From the NCBI GenBank assembly GCA_964247055.1, contig OZ176057.1:496001-560000 (forward strand): DNA of 64,000 nt, given 5' to 3'. This DNA comes from Paragordius varius (Eukaryota; Animalia; Nematomorpha). Shown here in pieces: positions 1 to 11,100 of this stretch (the first letter of the stretch is position 1; each line of letters opens with the position of its first letter). Made by a program: the position numbers and the translations under genes. The notes beneath the pieces were generated by a model. It did no database searches. It was not told the DNA's origin and saw nothing but the letters and a program-made list of their open reading frames with translations.

Positions 1-610
1 GGTTTTGGCTTACCACCCCTAACTATAAATTTGGGAAGCGTTTTAGCCAAATAAAGATGGGCGGCATTCTTGCAATTTTCACTTTCACGGGATTTTTTCC
101 ACTTGTTTTTTTGTTAACAGTAGTTAAAATTTAGTTTTTGAAAATTTTATACTAAAATATCATTTACTTTTGATAAAATATGCTTTTTATTTATACATTC
201 TTTAAAATCAAGCACCTCTTTGTAAAATCGATAAGGCATTAAAATCTTTGAATAATTGTGATTTTCACTGCGTTTTCCAATCTTTTTCTTAATTATTTTA
301 TGCGTCTATATCCTATTTTTATCTTTTTTTATTCAATTATTTAAATTCAGCAATTATATGTAAAAGATGATAATTTTTCGCATAATATAAGGGGCGTTAG
401 ATGGGAACATTTTTATATACATTTTTCAAGGACCAAAATTTTTAAAAAAAAGTGTGCACCAAAGATTTTTATACAATATTCCATGCATTTTCTATATTTT
501 GATATCATCTTCACACAAATATCACCAAATAATTTGGAATCTCATTACTTATAATTCCTACTTACCAAGTTTTTTTTACATTCCAATTTTGAATTGTGTT
601 TTATTAATTT

Positions 611-894
611 CAGTGAAAATTGAAATTATACGGACAAATTGTAAAAACTAAAGGACAAATATTTTTAAATGGTCAATCATACTTTTTAACCCTTAATTAA
701 TTTTTTGTAAATATAACTGATAATTTTTTAATTACGAAATAAGAATTGTAAGTTGGTGACACAATCAAATATGTATTTTATAATTAAAATTAAATAAGTT
801 TTATAGGATGAATTAAGGTTTTAAAATTATTTTTTTTAAAATAAATTTGCCTTTTAGATTTTTCATTTTGTCTGTATAATTTCAATTTTCACTG
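611..894. mobile_element. MITE family A (CAGTAAAAATTGAAATTATACGGACAAAACG termini, TA-flanked, Tc1/mariner-like)
   Basis: ~280-bp palindromic element. Further copies or halves at ~16213-16470, 18676-18943, 20561-20837, 21244-21522, 21953-22146, 22939-23221, 28990-29240, 29800-30363, 42250-42540, 44600-44850, 47267-47544, 53160-53386, 55395-55625, 58390-58440 and 61880-61942. Superfamily inferred only from TA|CAGT ends. Confidence 0.8.
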
Positions 895-1846
895 TAATTT
901 TAATATGGTAAGATTTTTACATATTATAAAAATGCTTATCATCGATTATCCATCATTTTTATTTTCTATATCATGTGTTTGTAGTCAAGCCAAAGTAAAC
1001 CAATTATCCATTATTTATAAATATTCCTTCATTTATATTTTAATAATCATACGTATTCCTGTAATATTTATTTTGGGCAATAAATTTTTAATGGAATGTC
1101 TTTTCCCTTTTTGATATTTTTTGAACTTTGAAGCCTAAATAATTTTTTTGGTTGATTATTATATAATTATGTTCACTCCATTATTAATTATTTTTTAATT
1201 AAAAACAGTCTTTCCAGTTTTTTGTCTGATTATTTAACTCGATTTTTTGATTATATATATATTTTACACTATTTATTCACCCTTGAACAATTCAGACTCA
1301 CCTTAGATAAAATATGTATTTTTTTGAGTATAAAAATTACTTATGTTTTTTTATATTTTGAAGAAATGGAATTTAAAATAATAAAATATGCCATAAAAAT
1401 ATATTTTATTAATGATGAATCATATTAGCCTGAAAATACGTTTATTTTTAGGGTGAATTAAAATTGTTTCCAGGGTGAATTGAAATTGCTCGAGGGTGAA
1501 TTGTAAATGGTGTATTAAAAAATTATCATTTTACATAAATGGATGAAAATATTTAGTGATTTATGTCAAAAATTAAACCGTATAAACAACATTTTCATTG
1601 CATTGTAATTTAATTTTTAAAATTTAATTAAAAACTTAGGAAAACCTACCAAAAATTATAGTTAAAATCAGATTACTTTATGTCCTTTTCACTTTTTTGT
1701 TTTCCATAACATATTGGGCAGTTTTATATCCCCAAGCTCAATCTTGTAAATAAAATACTGCTTTGAAAGTTCTTTAGAAAATTTAATTATTAAACATTTT
1801 ATTCCTGTATTATTTTAAAAAAACTATATATTTTTTACAGTTATTA

Positions 1847-3235
1847 TACCATTTTTCATGCAAAAACATCATTTTTTCAACCAAATGCAACATTTTTTTA
1901 AGCAAACGCAACATTTTTTCAAGCAAAGACAACATTTTTTTCTAGCAAACGCAACATTTTTTCAAGCAAAGACAACAATTTTTCAAGCAAACGCAACATT
2001 TTTTCAAGCAAACGCAACATTTTTTCAACCAAAGGCAACATTTTTTCATCCAAACACAACATTTTTTCAACCAAAGACAACATTTTTTCAAGCAAAAACA
2101 ACAATTTTTTAAAAAAATAAAAAACCTTTTTTTTTCTATTTTAAGACATATTAAATTTAAAGTTAATGTAAATTAATTTTAGCGTAGAATTATGATTTTT
2201 ATTGTTTTATCATTAATATTTGATGGTATGATTGATTTTCAAACGATTTTAATTTAGCCCAAAAATTGCATTATTTATTTATATTAATTATTTTTTTCTT
2301 TTACAACTTAAATTTGACCTAATCAATCCAAATTTAAACTTAGTCCTAGAACACTTCAAGTTGATCCTTCAATATTTTAATTTTGATTCTAACGTTTATT
2401 AATGAGGCAATAAAATATTCATTATTCAATCCTTTAAACCCTTTAAGTGAATACGTTTATTTCAGAACCGTATATCCATATTATTTTCTATAAATAAATA
2501 TTAAAAATCTACGTTTTGTGGGTTATTGATGGTAATATTTAGTTTAAAACAATAATAAATTTATAATATTGATAAATTAAAGAAAATTTTCAAACAAATT
2601 GTTTTACTATGAAAATATTAATTTTGATTCAAAAACTAATAAATAGGGATATTAGTTTAAATTTAAAAAATAGCTAATTATACACAAAAATAACGGTTGT
2701 ATGGGAACTGCAAAAAATGTAAGGAATTTTAAGCGAAGGATAACTTATTTTTAAAGAGAGTCTTAAAGCGCAAATTGTATTGATTGATAAAATTATTTAT
2801 AAATAAATAATGCAATTTATGGGCTAAATTAAAATGTTCGAAATCAATCATACCATCTATTGATGATAAAACAATAAAAATCATAATTCTAGTCTAAAAT
2901 TAATTTACATTAACTTTAAATTTATATCTTAAAATAAAAAATTGGTTTTTTATTTTTTTAAAAAATTGTTGTTTTTGCTTGAAAAAATGTTGTCTTTTGA
3001 AAAAATGTTGTGTTTGGATGAAAAAATGTTGCCTTTGGTTGAAAAAATGTTGTGTTTGCTTGAGAAAATGTTGCGTTTACTTGAAAAATTGTTGTCTTTG
3101 ATTGAAAAAATGTTGCGTTTGCTCGAAAAAATGTTGTCTTTGCTTGAAGTTGCCTTTGCTTGAAAAAATGTTGCGTTTGCTTGAAAAAATGGTGCATTTG
3201 GTTGAAAAAATGATCTTTTTGCATGAAAAATGGTA
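1847..3235. mobile_element. Non-autonomous foldback/TIR element (~1.39 kb) with ~440-bp inverted arms containing 21-bp subterminal tandem repeats
   Basis: Left arm begins TA|TACCATTTTTCATGCAAAAA (1845-), right arm ends TTTTTGCATGAAAAATGGTA|TA (-3237). Arms ~1847-2290 and ~2800-3235 are reverse complements, including arrays of CAACATTTTTTCAAGCAAACG-like 21-mers. Flanked by TA. Confidence 0.8.
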
Positions 3236-4740
3236 TATTTAAATCGGGACAGCGCAAAAACACAATGGAAGCGAACAGCTGATATTGAAAAAAAAATGGC
3301 GGCGAAAGAGATGATTATTTTATGCTTTCACCCTTTTTTTAAAAAAAATTTATAATAAAGGCTAAGACACTTTTTGAATTCGGTTAAATACCTTAAAAAC
3401 TTTTAAAGATATTTAGATTTCATATCGCACTGAGTAAACCCACCCCAAAAGTCATGGATTGTTATTTAAAAAATTTAAACTATTTATAAAAATAAACTAG
3501 TTGTCTAACTTGATTAGTATTTTATATATGTATATAATTTTTTTTATAAATTATATATCCTTTATAGGTATATATTTTTAGATAATTAAAGAAATTTGAA
3601 TTGAATCGATTTGTTAGTACATATTTTCCCTTTTTTCATTAATATGAAATAATCTATTCCATATTATAATATTAATAAAATTATGATATTTCATAAGACT
3701 AAAACTCATGTTTAAGCTTTCCTGTAATCATTACACTATTCCTTTGATTGAGGTTTTGTCAGTAAACCTTATTAACACTATCTGTGAGGGAAATTGCAAG
3801 TTTCTGCAGATTAACATGGATAGACGAAATTTTATCATCTGGAATGTCACTGAAAAAACTGTCGTAAAAAGCCCACGACAGATCGAGTTTAAACAACAAT
3901 TACACAGTAATTTTAAGATTCATTTAAAACATATTGATATTTTTAAGGCCAACATCAAATTTTTTATTTCATTGGTTGGAATTAAAAAGAAATCCTCCCA
4001 TGATTGCTAATACATTATGGAATTTTAGTATAAAAATTTTTGCAAAATAATTCGAGTAACGATTATAGTTTTTCGGTGAAATTAATGTGGCTTCATAAGT
4101 TGTTTTCAAATAAAAAAAGGTGATTGACTCAATAATTTGCTGAAAATATATGTCAAAACATAATTAACGCAAAAAATAGTAATTATAGAAAACAAAACCT
4201 GTAATAAAAAGACAAAAAAATTTTTTACATCAAAAATATATTTTTAAAGTTCCCTAAGTATAACACATCAGTTGGGTACAAAATAGGGCGCAAAAATGTA
4301 AATTTATAATATAACTTAGTAATCAATTAGTTTTTTAGGAATTATTTAGATTTAAAATAGTATGGTTAACTGAAAAAAAGTTTCTTCTTCTTTTAGTTTG
4401 CAAATTATGTCTGTATAATTTCAATTTTACTGTCTTGTTACGGTTTAAATTTTTATCTTAAAAATAATATAGTACGAGTACTATAAAAATAAACGGTTTA
4501 TTTTAAGGACAAGCTATATTAGGCAACATATTTCAAGGTTAAATGTCTTGGTTTATTTAACTAAAATAGTAGCGACCCCTCTATATCTAGTTTAAACTAA
4601 ATATTTGTTAATCGATATTTAGATTAACTAATCAGTTATTTTTAGTAAATAGCATACGAACTCACCTTTAAAAAATATCGTCAGAAATTTTTTTATTTTT
4701 AAATTTTATTTTATTTCACACTATCTTCCCCTCTCCTATT

Positions 4741-5601
4741 ATGAAGAATTACAAGAACATTATTCTGATTATAAGTTTAATTTTTGGGACCATGTCTTCC
4801 TTTACAAATGGTTTGTTTGTTATTATACTACAGTGTACAATATATTTTTACAATGCGTAATTCATTTATGTATCAGAAATTTTAATAGCTAAAAAATTAT
4901 ATTAAAAACTTAAATTATATGGTCAAATTAAAATATAAAGATAAATATTTTTTAAAAATACAACCATACTTTTTCAAACTTGGACTATATATCCTACATA
5001 AACTATAAAATTACAATTATACTAATATACCATTTACAATTTAAATTCTCCCTTAAACAATTCAAATTCACATTTGAACAATTCAATATCACCCTTGAAC
5101 AGTTCGAATTCACCCTTAAAATAGATTATGTGTTTTTGGGCTAATACAACTCAAATGATGATATATACCTTTATGGCTAAGTTTATTATTTTTTCAGTAT
5201 TTTTTTAATACACACCATATTTCAATTTTTTAAAGATATAAAAAAATATAGGTAACGTTTAATCTTAAAAAGCACAGAATTTATTTGAGGGTAAACTTGA
5301 AATGTTCAAGGGTGAGTTTGAATTGTTTTCAAGGGTGAATTTAAAATGTTTGAGGGTGATATTGAATTGCTCAAGTCTGAATTTTGTTCAAGGGTGATGA
5401 AGTGTAGATGGTATAAAATTGGGCGTATTACCAACATTCCCTATATTGTAATCTGAAATGTTGATATTTAATTTTTTTATATAGTAGTTGTCTTTTACTA
5501 CATAGTATTTGTCTTTTAGTTTTGTTTTGTACCATATGATTTTTTACTATAAGAGCTTAAAACGCATATAACATTGGGAATAAAAAATTTACATATATTT
5601 T

Positions 5602-5638
<37 letters not shown>

Positions 5639-6741
5639 GGAAATTCGGAACCCGATGATTTTGTTATTCAACCTAACGGCGCCAAAGATAAGATATCATG
5701 GTCTTTAGCTGGGCTTGACATACCTAAAATATCGTATCAACATCTGAAAATTAGCAATGATAAAACCGAAGAGATCTATGTGAACGAACAAGTATGATAA
5801 TTATGCTAATATAATTTTATTTAATTTAATTTTATGGTAAAAGTTGAAAGTATACGGTAAAATAATTTTTTCAACACTTTTGGAAGCATTTCACTCATCT
5901 GATTCAAATCGGGGTGTATGGACATTACAGGCCTGTTTAAAATCAAATATTTCTAAAATGGAATATTTTGAAGCCATGGCAATAGTTTGCGCTTATAAAA
6001 TTTTGATCAATATAAATAAAGTTTATTTTAAAAAAAACCTGATAATACTAATTATATGGATAAATATCAAGGTAAAAATTTAGCCAACATGACATGTGTG
6101 CATTAATATAAAAATAATGCAAGATAAACCATTTTTTCTGTTTATATCAATGTTAGATGTGATTTATTAAAAAAATTAGCTTTATTTTAGGGTTGGAATA
6201 ATATAATATATATGTTATTTTGCAAAAGATAAAAATGGCGTCGAAGTTTGATATGAAACTTTTTTTCAAAACGAAATCTTATATTATTTTGACATATATT
6301 ATAAAAATAGAAGCATAAATTTAATTGGAACCATTTCTTTCAGGATTCCTTTACTGGGTTCCCTAGATACCCCATTTGAAACAAAGTGTTAAACTACCAT
6401 ACTTTTTATAACCTTAATTTTTCCCACATAAATATTTAATTACAATTTAAAATTATATGATAGAAAAAATCAAGGTTTGAAATAAAAACAGATCTTTAAA
6501 AAAACTTTGTCTTTTAGTTTTTACATTTTGTCTATATAATAATTATATTGTATTATAGTTTATGGGGGATACTACCTCCTATGATTTTAAATTTGAGTCT
6601 GGAAAGGGATATGAAATTCACCTTGATATCGTAAACGAAGGATTAAATCACACAAAATTTGGATCTTTTGAATTTTTACCCAATTTATCAGTGGATGAAA
6701 TTCCGACAAAAAAATGGTGGGAATACCTCAAATTTTGGTGA
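4741..6741 (+). CDS. Small predicted secreted protein (~134 aa), beta-sandwich/PEGA-like motif, unknown function
   Basis: Exons 4741-4810, 5640-5791 and 6559-6741 join in frame with GT/AG ends: MKNYKNIILIISLIFGTMSSFTNG (signal-peptide-like) NSEPDDFVIQPNGAKDKISWSLAGLDIPKISYQHLKISNDKTEEIYVNEQ|FMGDTTSYDFKFESGKGYEIHLDIVNEGLNHTKFGSFEFLPNLSVDEIPTKKWWEYLKFW*. Intron 1 holds nested MITEs and intron 2 holds a MITE. Confidence 0.55.
5028..5413. mobile_element. MITE family B (TACCATTTACAATT termini, 21-bp subterminal repeats), nested in a family A MITE
   Basis: TA|TACCATTTACAAT...GATGGTA|TA termini with AAATTCACCCTTGAACAATTC-type repeats in inverted orientation. Family A halves lie at ~4900-4990 and ~5480-5550. 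Confidence 0.75.
5608..5639 (+). repeat. (CA)n(TA)n microsatellite abutting a 3' splice site
   Basis: acacacacacatatatat...tatatag|G, directly upstream of exon 5640. Confidence 0.85.
5893..6390 (+). mobile_element. ~500-bp MITE (family E)
   Basis: Imperfect TIRs (GATTCAAATCGGGGT / ACCCCATTTGAAAC). A homologous copy lies in opposite orientation at ~12191-12720 (shared AGGCCTGTTTAAAA, CCATGGCAA, AAAAATGGCGTCGAAG and TAGATAC...AAGTGTTA). Boundaries approximate. Confidence 0.65.
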
Positions 6742-8136
6742 AAAATAAACTTGGTGAAATCAAAATAGTTTATGAACCTGAACCCATCATATATTAATAT
6801 AGCATATATATATGGTTTTTATATTAAACAAAAATTTGAATGAAAAATAAATATGCATAGCAAATATTAAAGGCAATAAAATATTATCAAATTTACAAAT
6901 AATATGTGATTTAATATATTAATAACAAAATTTAGAATTTAAAGGCATAACACATTCTGATCGCACCCCAAAAATATATTATTATATTTATATTGTATCA
7001 AATTTAACATGGTACTTTGGTTTTGGCCCTTCGCAGAGATTTAAAAGAAAGCTATTTACACTTTTGTAGTAAATGGTCCATATCAAAAAAAAATTGCCAA
7101 CACTTTCATTAATAAATATTTTGTGGTGAAAGCTAGAGGCTTTATTCCAAAAAATATCACTAAAATTACACCTATAACCAAAACAATATTTTTTAAATAT
7201 TATAATTTTTACATGTCTCCGCTCCTTTTTACTCTTCTATAATGCAACTGCCTTTATAATCGCGAATTGCCGGGATTGCGCGATAAAAAATTTTACATCT
7301 AAAATTTCACATCAAACTAAAAAATATTTTTAAAAAATGGCTTTTATAAAAATGTAATTTTTAGTAAAATTTGAACTCAATTCATTCTATTTTGAGTTAA
7401 GGTGTAAGAGAAGCCGTTTAAAAACATTTTCTATTCGATGATGCTGATTTCTATCACTTCTGTTTGTTTTAAATCGTTTGCACATAATTTTGAGATGATA
7501 ATTTTTAACATCATCGAGTTACAAAAAAAAGTTTGTGTAATGTAAAACTTTTTGTACCGTCATTATGAAAATAGTTTATGCAAATTTCCTTAAAATATAA
7601 ATTTTAAAAAATTTTTTTAGTCATTATCAAAATTTAGCATATATTTAAATTCTTCCGTTATATTCCAAAATTTTTGCGTTTATTTCAAGAGGTAGCTAAT
7701 ATTTAAATCATATCAAGTTTTGTTGTATAAGATCTAAAGTTAATATTACTTTTTTTAATCATAATATAAGTTATACGCCTGTTGCATTAGCGAGTATAAG
7801 AATTTTAGGGAAAAGTGGCGGCAAAAAGTATAGAAATTATTTTACTTTTTCATATAATTATTTTTGTATAGGGTACCTAAAAGGCTAAAAGACATATTCT
7901 TAAATTCAGCTATATACCTAAAATACTTTTTGTTTAAAATTTAAATCGTCTGATAAAACTACCCAAATAATAATGGAGTGTTAATTGAAAAACCATATAA
8001 TATTTTAAATATATTATAATATATATTATATTTTTAACCATTAGTTTAGAAAAAATAAATAAATAATACATATGGTAATTTTTGGAAAGATTCGTTTCAC
8101 ATGATTGCACGGGTATTTTTTTATAAATTTTTTAAA

Positions 8137-11100
8137 TTAATTTAATTTTTTTAACGAATGCGTTCTTGAAGGTGCATTATTTTCTGAATTTCCTGAATTA
8201 TCTAAGGATGCGTTTGAGTCAGTTGAAGAATCATTGCTACTACTGCTGCTAAAACTTAAACCATTTTCTTTCATATGAAGTTTTAAGGCTTCAATCATAT
8301 CAGGTTCAAGGGAATTGTAACTTTTACTTTTGCGCCTTCGGCCTCCGATAAATTTTGATTTTAGGGTTACTTGAGAAGAAGGACTTAACGTACTTGCTGA
8401 ACCAAATGAATTTGATAATGGTCGCATTTTTGGGACTTTAAGATGCTTAATCTCATTGCGTAGGCTTTCTTTATTGTCTGTTCGCCATTTGGCATCTTGC
8501 TTCAATTGTTTTGTGGCTTTGCTTATGTCACTTTTTAAGCACGTAATGACTTGCGGATCTGAGATAGATTTCTTTCTAATTTTCTTTTTTCCTGTATGAT
8601 GGTGTTTGTCACTTTTAATGTTATCATCTTTTTTGAAGTATTTGAGCAAATTTTGTGCCTTCTTAAGTAAAACATTAATTGGTTGTTGATCTTTTGACAA
8701 TAGACCACTGCCTACACCTACGTGTTCTCCTGACGCAATCTAAATAAGCCAACACACGATACGGTTAAAATTATTATTAAATCAAAACTTAAGCGAATGT
8801 GTCAATTGTCACGCTTATAATGTAATTTTTATTAAGAATAAACTTTTTAGATAAGTTTTTAACATTAAACATGAACGTATGTTTTCAAACAAAATTTTAT
8901 GTGAAATGACTTTTTTTATATATTTGGTTTTTAACTTAGCTCAAATTCAATTTAAGTTTTTAGTTTTTTTTGTTTTATAAAATTGTGGAGAAAAAGTAGA
9001 ACTTTTAATTAAATAGGTAACTTATATCATGTCTTCTACATGTAACAGTAACAATTGAAATTATTACAGGGACAAACATTAAAAATAATGACACATTTTT
9101 CTTAAGACCCCTGTGTTTTTTTTAAACTAAATTTTTAATTATAATTCATTGGTTAAGTTATTAATTTGCCAAATAATAAATAAAAAGGGCAGTATTATTG
9201 GCTAATAACACAGTGTGCAAAATTGGGGGTATTTTTTTTCTCAGGATATCATATTAAGCTTAATATAACCGTTGTGACATAGACATCCTAAAAATATAAG
9301 GATAAAAAAAATTGTCAATGTAGAAAACTTTTTTTTCACTTTTTCCATATATGGATATATTCGGAAAAAATCAATTTATTTGCATAATACTTGATCAAAA
9401 ATTATAAAACTTAGATATCATATAAATAATATTAAATAAATATTATTTGCAAATTTTGGCTCAATATGAATGGATAGAATTAAATTAAACGTCAATTTAT
9501 TAAATCCAACTAAATTTAGCCCTTTATATTAGTAACATAAAAAATACTTGCTGAAAATCAATATAATATGCGCCAAAATTTAAGTTAAACTTTATATTTT
9601 AATATAAATAATACTTTTATATAATAAAAAATAGATTTTAACTAAGTTAAAAACTTTTGAAATTTTTCATTTTACTTGAATAAAATTTAATTTTTTTAAT
9701 ATCAACTGTAATATAATCATATCTAGTGATTACAAATATAACCATATTTTTTTTTACCTGGATTTTTGAATTGTAGATGATGTTGACTGTTGTAACCTGA
9801 TATGATGGTATATTTTATAATAATTTATAGAAAAATATTGTGGAATTCAGATTAGATATAAAAAAACCAATGTAATCCATTGTGAAAATCATATTTTAAA
9901 AGCAAACTTGCTAATCACAAGCAAACATCCACCAGAAAATTATATTTTGATACATTATGTTTATTGTGTAATAAATCTAATTCTAATATATTTTTCTAAA
10001 TCTAAAATTGTTTACTTGTTTTTGAACACCTTAGAATAGATTTAAATATAAGAATTTAAAGAAATGGTACTCAACAAAAAATTAAAAGGGCTGCAAAATC
10101 TTGTCTCATAAACCGTGCAACATACTATAACTATAAAAACTTGCAAACATTTATATTAAAAATAAGTATATAAACGCCAAAAATAAAACTCCTCCAAAGA
10201 TTTCTATTTTTAATGTTGAGTTCAAGAATTGGTTTCTCTTAAATTACCCATTCTAATGTAAATAAAACTCCTCCATAGATTGCTATTTTTTGTTATGTTG
10301 AGTTATGCCGGTATTCAGGCACACAATAATCCAGGTTAATTCTTCAAATCAAAAATGTAAAAATCTTCAGAATACGGCCAGTTTTTTAATGAATTATTTT
10401 TTAAAAAACGGTTTATGACAAAAGAAAGTGTTAAGGAAGTGTACATCAGTTTTACCAAAACTTCGGCTCTAAAGCTTTATGGCCCTGAATTATCAATTAA
10501 ATTTTATATACTTATTTTTAATATAAATGTCAAGTTTTTATAGTTATAGTATGTTGCACGGTTCATGAGACAAGATTTTGCAGCCCTTTTAATTTTTTGT
10601 TGAGTATCATTTCTTTAAATTCTTATATTTAAATCTATTCTAAGGTGTTCAAAAACAAGTAAACAATTTTAGATTTAGAAAAATATATTAGAATTAGATT
10701 TATTACACAATAAACATAATGTATCAAAATATAATTTTCTGGTGGATGTTTGCTTGTGATTAGCAAGTTTGTCTTTAAAATATGATTTTCACAATGGATT
10801 ACATTGGTTTTTTTATATCTAATCTGAATTCCACAATATTTTTCTATAAATTATTATAAAATATACCATCATATCAGGTTACAACAGTCAACATCATCTA
10901 CAATTCAAAAATCCAGGTAAAAAAAAATATGGTTATATTTGTAATCACTAGATATGATTATATTACAGTTGATATTAAAAAAAATTAAATTTTATTCAAG
11001 TAAAATGAAAAATTTCAAAAGTTTTTAACTTAGTTAAAATCTATTTTTTATTATATAAAAGTATTATTTATATTAAAATATAAAGTTTAACTTAAATTTT

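Noticed and set aside
1858-3263. ORFs with 7-aa repeats (ATFFQAN / LLEKMLR, a leucine-heptad look)
   Set aside because: They are translations of the 21-bp subterminal repeat in both inverted arms of a foldback element, with no splice or start context.
3708-4010. 100-aa plus-strand ORF with slightly raised GC
   Set aside because: No recognisable motif and no convincing splice partners. It could be a TE relic and is left uncalled.
5844-6083. ORF that could be spliced in frame as an extra exon of the secreted-protein gene
   Set aside because: Most of it lies in the family E MITE, whose second copy (12191-12720) is not open. Skipping it gives the more coherent IYVNEQ|FMGDT junction.
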